Part shown: one piece after another, positions 8,417 to 16,775 of the stretch
Numbering within the stretch: position 1 is the first letter of the stretch
Layout: every line of letters starts with the position of its first letter
IMG/VR virus record: IMGVR_UViG_3300044787_000016
Span: 1 to 46,303 of that record
Length of the DNA stretch: 46,303 nucleotides
Source of the DNA: a virus
Taxonomy: Duplodnaviria; Caudoviricetes
Reading direction: 5' to 3' (one strand)
Notes under the pieces: generated by a model
Databases searched by the model: none
The model's input: the letters and a program-made list of their open reading frames with translations, nothing else
Told to the model about the DNA's origin: nothing
Program-made: the position numbers and the translations under genes

Positions 8417-8625
8417 TAAAGATCCTTACAAGTTATCTTCCCAAACGCGAGAAGCATCAAACACACCGTACACATCGGACGAAAGCCCCCCTTATGTGTA
8501 GCCCATATCATTTGAAGTGGAGTTTCAAGTCCCCAAGGCTTAATGAGGGGGCCCACTCCAGCGGCAAGCTGCGCTCCGCAGTCTGCACAAAGGTATCCTT
8601 GCTCGCCCGTCTCATGCTTTAGCAT
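8416..8625 (-). CDS. Small Zn-binding hypothetical protein
   Basis: CADC...CTVC. Confidence 0.55.
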   Translation of the reverse strand: MLKHETGEQGYLCADCGAQLAAGVGPLIKPWGLETPLQMIWATHKGGFRPMCTVCLMLLAFGKITCKDL

Positions 8626-9493
8626 AAACTCTCTTCACAATCCGAAGCACTTCTCCAGACTCAAGCGGTGGGTCACAACGCTCAGCTCCCTTGAGGAGCC
8701 ATTCCGTCGCAATTGCCTCAGGAACCCCAGCCTCAAGTAAGGACTTGGATGCAGCATAACAACACTTATGCCGGCGAGTTTGTTCCACTCCGAATTGAAT
8801 GAACTCCCTCCCCGTAAGCGTAAGGAACATCGCAGCTTGCGGCCAGGTGGTGCGCAACCCGGGGATGGGTACCTCCCACACGATCGGGCCATCTTCCTGG
8901 TGGTGGAAAAGGAACGCCGCAGATTGGACGTCCCCTTCCACTACTAGGCGCGCTTCCCTTCCTGTCTTTTGATTCATGGTTCCGGGAAGACGCGCAAGGC
9001 GCGCAAGATCCGAACAAGAAGAGTCAATAACGCAGCCATACCTAGTCCCAAACTCAGCGCTTAGGGTATTCACGAAGTTCTTCACCGTCCGCGCTAGTTG
9101 CTTATCCACTGTCAGGGGCTTGAATCGGATCCAGCATTGGATACCCCGCCCTGAGTCCACTACAGTCATAGACCAGGGATCGACCTCCATGGATTCAAGC
9201 ATATCTCGCGCCTCCCATAGCGCCTCCCCGGGTTGGGCCGATGGCTCGATGGGGTCTATGTCTACGAGAATAGCTTGGACGTGGGAAACATCGTTCGAAG
9301 ATGGGCGAGTGCGATCCGCACGCGAAACGGGGTTAAGGGTGATGTAGCAATTCGCTTTAGCGTACCGTTGGGCAAACGCCCCAAGTGCCTCAGGGCCACT
9401 GACCCAGGTTCCATCAACCATGCCGCCAGCCTTTGCGAAGACATAGCGATAAGTTCCTTGTGGAAGGGGGAGGATGCGCCAGACATCATTCAT
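8612..9493 (-). CDS. DNA primase (RepB/AEP-like) with C-terminal PriCT-like domain
   Basis: YITLNP, ILVDID, DSGRGIQCW, DLARLARLPGTMNQK; C-terminal ...CDPPLESGEVLRIV. Confidence 0.8.
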   Translation of the reverse strand: MNDVWRILPLPQGTYRYVFAKAGGMVDGTWVSGPEALGAFAQRYAKANCYITLNPVSRADRTRPSSNDVSHVQAILVDIDPIEPSAQPGEALWEARDMLESMEVDPWSMTVVDSGRGIQCWIRFKPLTVDKQLARTVKNFVNTLSAEFGTRYGCVIDSSCSDLARLARLPGTMNQKTGREARLVVEGDVQSAAFLFHHQEDGPIVWEVPIPGLRTTWPQAAMFLTLTGREFIQFGVEQTRRHKCCYAASKSLLEAGVPEAIATEWLLKGAERCDPPLESGEVLRIVKRVYAKA

Positions 9494-9906
9494 CTAGCTA
9501 GCTCAGCGAAGAGTGCATTTGTGTCCTTGAACACACCTGTCGCGAAGTTATACATCACATCCCAGCGCTCGGGCCAGACTCCCGGGAATAAAACGTAGCC
9601 CGCCTTACCTTGACCCAATAGCCAACCAAGCTCCAGATGCCCACTCTTTCCTGCGGGAAGTAAAAGGACTCCGGCCCTTGCTCGGGCCAAGTGCGCGAAA
9701 TCGAAGCGATACACATGCTGCGCGGCGTACCCCTTGAGCGCCCTATCGTAAGGTGTACCTCGCTGTGTTTCGTAAGCTTGCCATTCATCGTCGGCATGTT
9801 CTCCTGCGGCGTACCAATCGTCGAAGATTTCATACCCAGCTTCGCGTAATTGAGCAGCTAGGACGGGGACTTGAGGATTTCGAAGGGAGCCAATGAGGTA
9901 GATCAT
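9490..9906 (-). CDS. Nucleoside 2-deoxyribosyltransferase-like protein
   Basis: IYLIGS.RN...LREAGYEIFD...D..HL...VLLLPAGKSGHLELGW..GQGK. Confidence 0.72.
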   Translation of the reverse strand: MIYLIGSLRNPQVPVLAAQLREAGYEIFDDWYAAGEHADDEWQAYETQRGTPYDRALKGYAAQHVYRFDFAHLARARAGVLLLPAGKSGHLELGWLLGQGKAGYVLFPGVWPERWDVMYNFATGVFKDTNALFAELAR

Positions 9907-10133
9907 AGAGGTTCCCCATCAAATGCAACAATTACAACCCGGGATGATCCCCACAAAGTAACTTGTTTTCGCCCGACTTCTTCACCCCTCCAATTTCGTA
10001 ATACTTTTTCTACCACCAATTTAGGGTCGCAAGCGATTACTGTACCATCGTTCATCCAAAGCGAACTAGATCGACGTCCTGGATATACCACCCTATCTCC
10101 GCGATTAATTTCGCGACCAAAGTAATCTTTCAT
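9903..10133 (-). CDS. Hypothetical protein (SH3-like pattern)
   Basis: MKDYFGREINRGDRVVY; ATGA-coupled. Confidence 0.6.
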   Translation of the reverse strand: MKDYFGREINRGDRVVYPGRRSSSLWMNDGTVIACDPKLVVEKVLRNWRGEEVGRKQVTLWGSSRVVIVAFDGEPL

Positions 10134-10873
10134 AGGAGCTTATACCCCTTAAGCGGATCGATGGATCCCATCTCCTCAATCTTCATCTTCCCTTCACACA
10201 CATCGATGTAATCGCAAAGGTGGTTCTTAAATCGTCCACCACATGAATCGGGGTTTTGTGGGTACTCACCCTGGAGATTTGCCCGATACATATTGCTAAT
10301 GATAACCAAAAGGTCATCCATAAGATCCCCGTGGATTGGGAGATACTCAACAGAGAAGGGTGACTTACCTTCGGAGAGGGCCTTGTCTGTCAGTTTCTTT
10401 GCGATAAAGAGGATAGTCCCCCCATAGGGCTTTCCATATTTATCCTCAACCATCTTTCGGTAACCATGTTCGTGAAAGGATCGAGAGATTAGCTTCGAAA
10501 AGATAGGGATGTTTGTCGTAGCCGCAGTGGTCTTATGTTGCCCATGCCAGAGCTTCCCATTCCATTCAATCAAAGAATCAAGGCGCCCGATCAGGGTATG
10601 CGCCCCAAGCTGACACGACATTTCAACTTCAACGCCAAGGAACTTAACCTCAGGATGGTCTTCCTTCCATAGGTCAAACCCTGTCAGGGCGGCGTGCATC
10701 CACTCGGGGTCTGAAAGTTCAATGTCTCGTTCTGAGGCGCAGATCTGGTGCCAAGTTGTTCCAAGCCTAAGGGCTTCCGAATCTGTCTCGATCCCACGCT
10801 TGAGGATGTATTTGTGATACCACATCCTCGGACATTCAAGGTAGGTTTGGATCGCAGAGATATTAGTTTTCAT
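10130..10873 (-). CDS. PD-(D/E)XK exonuclease (RecB/Cas4-like)
   Basis: SAIQTYLECPRMWY, LGTTWH, VE...GRLD...HKT, C-terminal Cys cluster. Confidence 0.8.
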   Translation of the reverse strand: MKTNISAIQTYLECPRMWYHKYILKRGIETDSEALRLGTTWHQICASERDIELSDPEWMHAALTGFDLWKEDHPEVKFLGVEVEMSCQLGAHTLIGRLDSLIEWNGKLWHGQHKTTAATTNIPIFSKLISRSFHEHGYRKMVEDKYGKPYGGTILFIAKKLTDKALSEGKSPFSVEYLPIHGDLMDDLLVIISNMYRANLQGEYPQNPDSCGGRFKNHLCDYIDVCEGKMKIEEMGSIDPLKGYKLL

Positions 10874-11154
10874 TCCCTGTCCTTCTTCATCGCCTCGGCC
10901 CAGGGGAGCGGGTAGGTGCCAATGCAGCCATCTGGGCGATCACAGGGATGGCCCGTCGCGCGTTCAGCCATCGCCAGCCGCTCCGCGAAGTCGGCGGCGA
11001 TGCGGGCGGCCAGCTTGCTCAACCCGTACTTCTGCTGGTCGGATAGCGGACCAGAAAGGAAGGCGTATGCCGGGTATGTCTGCGAGTCCCACTCGGCGCG
11101 GATGGCAGCCGCAAGCCGCTCAATCCACGCCTCCCGCGCGCTGTCGGTGGTCAT
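10870..11154 (-). CDS. Hypothetical protein
   Basis: Coupled ORF (MTTDSAR...) in a GC-rich block. Confidence 0.55.
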   Translation of the reverse strand: MTTDSAREAWIERLAAAIRAEWDSQTYPAYAFLSGPLSDQQKYGLSKLAARIAADFAERLAMAERATGHPCDRPDGCIGTYPLPWAEAMKKDRE

Positions 11155-11321
11155 GGCTGGATCTCCCATCGCGCCCAGCAGTGATTACAATGCACCACGC
11201 GCTCCGGCCTGGCTGGCATATCAAACTCGCCGATCGAAGGGACGAAACGCACCATGCTCGGAATCACCACGGTAACAGTCACAGTTGGATGCTCGCAGCC
11301 TTGCCGCGGAAAGTTATCCAT
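11151..11321 (-). CDS. Hypothetical protein
   Basis: MDNFPRQGCEH...CNHC; GGAGGGGGAG upstream. Confidence 0.5.
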   Translation of the reverse strand: MDNFPRQGCEHPTVTVTVVIPSMVRFVPSIGEFDMPARPERVVHCNHCWARWEIQP

Positions 11322-11725
11322 CACTCCCCCTCCTCCGCTGCATCCGCTTCGGCGGCGGCGATGTAGGCGCGGGCGGCTTTGCAGGTTGCGGTATGGTACG
11401 GACGTGGAGCATGCGGCCAGCGGGATTGTTCTTGCATTCGACCGCACCAGCATGGCCCGCCATTAACTGTAAGCATCTGCACGCCCTTCAAGATCCGCAC
11501 AGCCTCGCGCTTGGCATCGCTGGCGCCTTCCTTGCGTCCGATACGGCGGCAACGCGAGCAATAGTGCAAGTGCTCGGGGCCTACACCCCCGAGCGAAGCA
11601 TCGACCGCGGCGACTAGCGCCATCAGGCATTCGTTAGTCACTCGCTCGCCGCCGTGGTGCATGCCGTATGAAAAGCACCGTCGCGCGATGGCCAGGTCCC
11701 GGGCGGCTTGCTTGTCGATGCTCAT
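11321..11725 (-). CDS. Hypothetical protein
   Basis: Coupled ORF; CWC...HT..C motif. Confidence 0.55.
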   Translation of the reverse strand: MSIDKQAARDLAIARRCFSYGMHHGGERVTNECLMALVAAVDASLGGVGPEHLHYCSRCRRIGRKEGASDAKREAVRILKGVQMLTVNGGPCWCGRMQEQSRWPHAPRPYHTATCKAARAYIAAAEADAAEEGE

Positions 11726-11964
11726 GCCTGGATTATTGCGTCAATGATCCCCACCGCCTCGCGCTTGGCCTCGCGGGCTCCCTTGGCATAGCCTTCCGAC
11801 CAAGCGTCAAGCCCAGCCTTATCGGCCTCGGTGGGCGGCAGGTTCAGCATAAGATCGCCCGGGGGCTCGGCCGCTTGCGCTGGTTCCTGGCTGGCCGATA
11901 GTTGTGTTTCCGCAAGATCGGCACCCAGCCACACCCCGAGCGAAATCTTTCCCTTAGACTTCAT
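11722..11964 (-). CDS. Hypothetical protein
   Basis: Coupled ORF (MKSKGK...). Confidence 0.5.
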   Translation of the reverse strand: MKSKGKISLGVWLGADLAETQLSASQEPAQAAEPPGDLMLNLPPTEADKAGLDAWSEGYAKGAREAKREAVGIIDAIIQA

Positions 11965-12181
11965 TAAGACTCCCAAGCTTAAACCATGGATGTAGAAGAA
12001 TGTTCTCCCGGGTCATTCCGCACCCTTTACACTTTGGCGAGGATTGGACTAAACCCGGGGAGAGGCGATGGGCTCGACGCCACTTCCTCGCGATCCTTCC
12101 ACCCCGATACCCATCACGATAGGATGGGTTCCGTTGGGCTTCGCGAACCGAGGCGGCGTGGAGCTTTTCACAGAGTCGCAT
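11954..12181 (-). CDS. Hypothetical protein
   Basis: TAATG-coupled to rtcB; CKGC motif. Confidence 0.5.
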   Translation of the reverse strand: MRLCEKLHAASVREAQRNPSYRDGYRGGRIARKWRRAHRLSPGLVQSSPKCKGCGMTRENILLHPWFKLGSLNEV

Positions 12182-13374
12182 TAATTCCCCTTCACATTCA
12201 CAATTTGGCGAAGCGTATGGTCAATGGTCGCTAGCTCCTTCGAGTGCGCCATGACCTCATCGATATCCTTGTATGCCCCGGGGAGTTCATCGATCAGGGC
12301 ATCGTCATGCCGGCACTCGATCCCCTTCATGGCTGTCTCAAAGTCAGCCATAGTGAACCGGCGCCTAGCTTCAGTCCGGGAGAACCGACGTCCTGCCCCG
12401 TGGGGCGCGGATTCGAAGGCATCTCTATTCCCAAGGCCTGAGACGATGTACGTTCTCGAACCCATCGACCCCGGGATCACGCCCTTCTGGCCCTCCTGCA
12501 TTTGGATCGCACCCTTCCGGGTCACCCACACGTTATGCCCGAAGTGGTGCTCCATCTGGGTGAAGTTATGGTGGCAGTTAATGCGCTCGATCTCCATCTC
12601 AGCTTGGTGTCCATCCTCACCACAAATGGTATAGGAGAACTCAGTCAGGACCCTATCCATCATCTCGTCTCGGTTGAGGCGTGCAAACTCTTGTGCCCAA
12701 AGGAGATCGCGGATATATGCCTTGAATTCAGGGCGATCCTCGGGGAGATAGGCTAAGTCCCTGTCAGGAAGGGAGATAAAGAACTCACCCATTAGATGTT
12801 GTGCCGCTTTGATATGCGAATCAGCGATTCGATTACCTACTCCTCTGGATCCTGAGTGGAGGACGATCCATACACGATCCGCCTCGTCCAAACATACTTC
12901 AATGAAGTGGTTTCCCGAACCCAGGGAACCGAGTTGGACAGGCCAGTTTGCGAACTTAGTGTAATCAGGATAGTCCTTCCCATAGCCAATCATATCCAGC
13001 TCGTTGATCCGGCAGGTCATGGTCGCGGTGGCACGCGAATTCTTATTTCGCCCACCAGCACCCAAGGGGATCCTTCGCTCGATCCCAAGGCGAAGCGCAT
13101 TCAAGTTATCGGGGAGTTGACTCGCGTTGAAACACGTTCGAACGGCCACCATCCCACACCCAATATCAACCCCAACGGCCGCAGGGATGATCGCCCCCTT
13201 GGTTGCGATAACCGTTCCGACCGTGGCGCCCTTGCCCAAATGGCAATCGGGCATGACCGCGACGTGCTTAAAGAGGAAGGGCATGGACGCAATGTTCTGG
13301 ATCTGCTGCATAGCCGCAGGCTCGATAGCAGCTGTCGGCAGCCACGTCTTAATGTTTACATCTACATCAAACAT
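12181..13374 (-). CDS. rtcB: RtcB family RNA ligase (3'-phosphate/5'-OH ligase)
   Basis: MPDCHLGKG, GVDIGCGM, GSLGSGNHFIE, HSGSRG, HHNF, RKGA, PGSMG, HGAGR, DELPGAYK. SD AGGAG before ATG 13374. Confidence 0.96.
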   Translation of the reverse strand: MFDVDVNIKTWLPTAAIEPAAMQQIQNIASMPFLFKHVAVMPDCHLGKGATVGTVIATKGAIIPAAVGVDIGCGMVAVRTCFNASQLPDNLNALRLGIERRIPLGAGGRNKNSRATATMTCRINELDMIGYGKDYPDYTKFANWPVQLGSLGSGNHFIEVCLDEADRVWIVLHSGSRGVGNRIADSHIKAAQHLMGEFFISLPDRDLAYLPEDRPEFKAYIRDLLWAQEFARLNRDEMMDRVLTEFSYTICGEDGHQAEMEIERINCHHNFTQMEHHFGHNVWVTRKGAIQMQEGQKGVIPGSMGSRTYIVSGLGNRDAFESAPHGAGRRFSRTEARRRFTMADFETAMKGIECRHDDALIDELPGAYKDIDEVMAHSKELATIDHTLRQIVNVKGN

Positions 13375-13389
13375 GCCCAATCTCCTAGG

Positions 13390-13466
13390 TGGTTGGGGAG
13401 CCGGGACTCGAACCCGGATCGGCTTGCTTCCAAAGCAAGGGGGTTAGCCAATTACCCTACTCCCCA
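13390..13466 (-). tRNA. tRNA with TGG anticodon (Pro by anticodon; atypical identity elements), CCA encoded
   Basis: Cloverleaf: TGGGGAG/CTCCCCA, GGGT/ACCC, CTTGC-TTTGGAA-GCAAG, CCGGG-TTCGAGT-CCCGG, ACCA. Confidence 0.9.
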
Positions 13467-13483
13467 GGTAATGTGTAGATAAC

Positions 13484-14356
13484 CTATTCCTCAGAAGGAT
13501 TCATATTTCTTCGCGGAGGATAGTGGCGATTCTCATCCTTTGGGGGCTTTCGCTTGATCGGCCGCCCCCTTACTACCCTAGTGAAAGTCATTTGAGTTTG
13601 ATCCCAGGTCATGCGATAACGTAGGCCTGAGGTATCATCCCCGCCACGTCCCTTTGCCCAATGTGCCGTGATGATCTTCTTCCCAGGGTGGGGAAGCTTC
13701 ACCTTCGCCGGCTCAAGGACGATATGAGAATCAACCGAGTTATGGATGGCCCCGGAACCTCGGGCTGAGTCCCACCCTACGGAGGACGTAAACTCCCCTG
13801 GCTTCTTTGAATGGTGGATCAAGACGATGGCGCAATTCCGTTCAGCCCACTTACGAAAGAACCTCATTACAGGCGCCATGAGTTCCGCCTTGTTCTCATC
13901 ATGGTCATGGATGGACCTAAGGCAGTCAACCACAACGAGATCGGCCAGTGCCCCTGAAGGGAAGGCAGTGGTGTTCATAATCTCATCGAAGTGCCCATCC
14001 TCCAGGAGAAGGGGATCGAACCTATACCAGATGCCTCCCGCGAAATCATCCCTCTCCGGGTCTAGATCATCGTAACTAAGGCCTAACCCGGCAGTGATCC
14101 GACGCGCAGCGTGGGCATAGTCCCATGCTGCGGCATCCACCCCAAGGTAAACCACCCTCATGGGGCGGATAGGTGCGTCCTCATGGAGGAAGGCGCGACC
14201 CGCAGCGGCAGAGAGGGCCATGGCTTGAGCGAAGTTCGACTTGCCTACTCCACCAGGGGCAGAGAGCATAGTCAGGGTCCGCTCCCTAAACCAACCCGGG
14301 AGCACCCAAGGTGGGACTGGAAGGTCGGCGGTCTCTGACAGGGTGTAGAGTTTCAT
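13484..14356 (-). CDS. RepA-like / AAA_25 replicative helicase
   Basis: PWVLPGW, APGGVGKS (Walker A), LVVVDCL (Walker B), DENK, VLIHHSKK, ARGSGA. Confidence 0.85.
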   Translation of the reverse strand: MKLYTLSETADLPVPPWVLPGWFRERTLTMLSAPGGVGKSNFAQAMALSAAAGRAFLHEDAPIRPMRVVYLGVDAAAWDYAHAARRITAGLGLSYDDLDPERDDFAGGIWYRFDPLLLEDGHFDEIMNTTAFPSGALADLVVVDCLRSIHDHDENKAELMAPVMRFFRKWAERNCAIVLIHHSKKPGEFTSSVGWDSARGSGAIHNSVDSHIVLEPAKVKLPHPGKKIITAHWAKGRGGDDTSGLRYRMTWDQTQMTFTRVVRGRPIKRKPPKDENRHYPPRRNMNPSEE

Positions 14357-14700
14357 TAGTCTGAGGAACCCTTGAATACCAGGCCCAGGAGTTTCTTTGC
14401 GGCAATGTAGTCTGTGCTTTGCAAATCCACTATTCCGTTGATAGTCAACAAGCTCCCGATCACAGCAAAGCTCACTCCGAAGACTCCGAAGACAAGCCAA
14501 CAGTCAGTCGTTCTCCGCCGAATATAAGCTGCGATAAAGGCAGCTAAAGAAAGGGCAACAAGGGTCAACCCGCTGCCAATAAGCCACTTAGCACAAACTA
14601 TCGTGCGAGTAACAGCCGCAGCATAGGTGGAAGAAAGCGCCGGAGCTAGGCTCGTAGCGAGTGAGTCGGCGACAGCAATGACCTCATTTGGGGACCACAT
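14356..14700 (-). CDS. Membrane protein
   Basis: Two hydrophobic segments; AAGGAG SD. Confidence 0.7.
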   Translation of the reverse strand: MWSPNEVIAVADSLATSLAPALSSTYAAAVTRTIVCAKWLIGSGLTLVALSLAAFIAAYIRRRTTDCWLVFGVFGVSFAVIGSLLTINGIVDLQSTDYIAAKKLLGLVFKGSSD

Positions 14701-14715
14701 GACGTTCTCCTTTTA

Positions 14716-14908
14716 GTGACTTAAGGTACCCTTGAGACACCCCTTTTGGGTGGTGGTTTCAAAAAAGGATTAAGCGGGGCCGCAGCGAAAACAATAATGT
14801 CAAGCGACCCCGCCCCTGCAAACCCTTATATTTCAATAGGGTTTATAGGTGGATTTATTCTCCCCCTATTACATAGGGGGGATAAGAATCCCCCCGTTGA
14901 ATGGGGGA
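14716..14908. other. Intergenic cluster of inverted repeats (candidate origin/regulatory region)
   Basis: GTGACTTAAGG/CCTTGAGACAC, CACCC/GGGTG, GCGGGGCCGC/GCGACCCCGC, AAACCCT/AGGGTTT, TCCCCCTAT/ATAGGGGGG, CCCCCGTT/AATGGGGG. Confidence 0.55.
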
Positions 14909-14925
14909 AGGAGAGAAAGAGAGCA

Positions 14926-15330
14926 TCATCGAAATGCAAACTGAGGGATCGGCAAGGGCCCAACCCGGAGGGGGATGACCTGAACCGATCCGGCTTCCCG
15001 TTTGATGATTAGGGTGTATTCACCCGGAGGGAGGGAGAGTGCCAAAGGCCACCGATCGAACCAATGGAGCACCCCCGAACCAACGAGGAGCCAGGCCTCT
15101 ACTCTTTCATCGAAAAACGGCGATTCTAGACCCTCAACTTCGGGGGGCCATATGGTGATATGGGTGAGGGTGTCAGGGGGGTCGTTTTCTTGCGCTGGCG
15201 GGGTGGTTTCAGCACAAGGAGGGCCATCCAGGGGACAGGCCTCCACCGTTCGGACGAAGGCCTTCCCCGCCAAGTACCCAACGAGGGTAAAGGCGAGGAA
15301 GGTTACCATCCATTTGAGTAGGTATTTCAT
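14926..15330 (-). CDS. Secreted or membrane-anchored hypothetical protein
   Basis: N-terminal basic plus hydrophobic signal-like segment. Confidence 0.6.
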   Translation of the reverse strand: MKYLLKWMVTFLAFTLVGYLAGKAFVRTVEACPLDGPPCAETTPPAQENDPPDTLTHITIWPPEVEGLESPFFDERVEAWLLVGSGVLHWFDRWPLALSLPPGEYTLIIKREAGSVQVIPLRVGPLPIPQFAFR

Positions 15331-15665
15331 TAGAAGGTCACAGCGCGCGGAGCCATCTCACGCTTGAGGACCTTGGCGTAAATGACCCAACGCTCCTCAC
15401 CGGTTGAGCGCGGAAGGACCCCAAGGATCTTTCTCGTGCCCCCCTCGCAACCGGTAAACTCAACGCGCATGTAGCCCTTACGCGGGAAGCGGCGGACATC
15501 GAGGATCGCGCCCTCGCTGGGGGCTAGCTTAGTATCCTGGTGGACTGAAGCGGCGCCTTCTGGCTGGTCCTCGAATAGGATGAATCCAGTCCCTTTTTGC
15601 TTGAGGGGATGGCGGGAAACAACAAGCAGACCAGGGCTTTCATGGTTTGCGACAAAGAGTCTCAT
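15330..15665 (-). CDS. Hypothetical protein
   Basis: TAATG-coupled ORF. Confidence 0.6.
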   Translation of the reverse strand: MRLFVANHESPGLLVVSRHPLKQKGTGFILFEDQPEGAASVHQDTKLAPSEGAILDVRRFPRKGYMRVEFTGCEGGTRKILGVLPRSTGEERWVIYAKVLKREMAPRAVTF

Positions 15666-15667
15666 GG

Positions 15668-15781
15668 TTAAAATGCCTCCAGGTTGATTGCCTTCCAGAT
15701 TCCGAACAGGATGACGGCCATGACGGCCATGACAGCTAAGGCACTGATGATCGAGCGCTTGATCGAATGGTATTTAGCCAA
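15668..15781 (-). CDS. Small single-TM protein
   Basis: TTG start after GGAGGAGG; hydrophobic helix. Confidence 0.5.
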   Translation of the reverse strand: MAKYHSIKRSIISALAVMAVMAVILFGIWKAINLEAF

Positions 15782-15947
15782 CGGCTTCCTCCTCCATGAG
15801 TGCGAGGAAAGATTTAACAAGTTCTTCACATGAGTCGCACCGCAGGGGTTGGATCGTGATCCCACCCACAGTCTTGGGGTACATCATGTTGGGGCAGAAT
15901 GACCCAGGAGGACGAAGGCCCGGGCACGGCTTAGGGTTCATCGACAT
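15774..15947 (-). CDS. Small Cys-containing protein (not in ORF track)
   Basis: Manual translation MSMNPKPCPG...CPN...RCDSCEELV; fills the gap between neighbours. Confidence 0.5.
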   Translation of the reverse strand: MSMNPKPCPGLRPPGSFCPNMMYPKTVGGITIQPLRCDSCEELVKSFLALMEEEAVG

Positions 15948-15948
15948 G

Positions 15949-16233
15949 TTATAACTCCGTTAAGTCTGTAGACGGCTTAGGCTTAACCCGGGGGGTAGCA
16001 CGGAGGCCAAAGCGTGCGAGAGAGAATGAATCAGGGGGGAGAAGGACGGTCCCGGCTACCTCACGCCGGCCGATGGTGAATACGTCCTCTACCTTCCCCC
16101 CGAGTTTCGCAGCCCTTCGCTTAAGGGCCTTCCAATGGGAAGGGTTAGTTGTATACACCACAACACCTTGGGTATCCGCGACGATCACGGTCTCGGCTTC
16201 ATCTCGGGTGATCTTGAAATTATCCTTGTTCAT
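15949..16233 (-). CDS. Hypothetical protein
   Basis: ATGA-coupled ORF. Confidence 0.6.
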   Translation of the reverse strand: MNKDNFKITRDEAETVIVADTQGVVVYTTNPSHWKALKRRAAKLGGKVEDVFTIGRREVAGTVLLPPDSFSLARFGLRATPRVKPKPSTDLTEL

Positions 16234-16472
16234 GCCTTGACCTTTGCGGCGATTCGGCGAAGAAGGTCCATAGCCTCCTCCCGGGTTGAGCGTGGAGGCG
16301 TCATCCGCGTGCGAAGTAAGGTGATTAGGTCGTTGGGAGTTAGTGTGGTTTCTTGAGTCTCGCCAGCGTTGCGGAGGTGGATGTCCGCGAAAGAGTAGAT
16401 GTGGATCGTGACAAGGCCGGACTCAAGGGTGAGATGGCCATCGAACAGGGTGATTTCAACCTTCTTATCCAT
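16230..16472 (-). CDS. Hypothetical protein
   Basis: GGAGGT SD before MDKKV. Confidence 0.6.
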   Translation of the reverse strand: MDKKVEITLFDGHLTLESGLVTIHIYSFADIHLRNAGETQETTLTPNDLITLLRTRMTPPRSTREEAMDLLRRIAAKVKA

Positions 16473-16474
16473 GA

Positions 16475-16732
16475 TTACCTCCACGAAAGGGTACGGGAAA
16501 CCTGACGGGCATGCGTATCCCAACCATCGAACCAACCATCCATCCAAACGGCAAGTTCCTTGGGAGTGAGCCAGCCTGAGACATTCAGGGTTTGACGCCC
16601 GATGTACTTGACAAGGGCCACCTTACGGGGCTCATGGGCGCGACGCGTAAACATCGAGACGATTTGGTAACGGTTTGGGGTGTCCCGCTTTGCGTTTAAG
16701 AGGGCAACCTTGTGGTTCAGCGTGTGGGTCAT
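16475..16732 (-). CDS. Hypothetical protein
   Basis: GAGGAG SD before MTHTL. Confidence 0.6.
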   Translation of the reverse strand: MTHTLNHKVALLNAKRDTPNRYQIVSMFTRRAHEPRKVALVKYIGRQTLNVSGWLTPKELAVWMDGWFDGWDTHARQVSRTLSWR

Positions 16733-16775
16733 TTGACTCCTCGTATGATTTTGCAATGTTTACATGTGCAGCGAA

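Noticed and set aside
10130-10873. Cas4 / CRISPR system
   Set aside because: It is a stand-alone phage PD-(D/E)XK nuclease in the recombination module. I saw no repeat-spacer array or other cas genes.
14798-14803. Perfect TTGACA -35 box on the minus strand
   Set aside because: There is no plausible -10 hexamer at 16-18 nt spacing.
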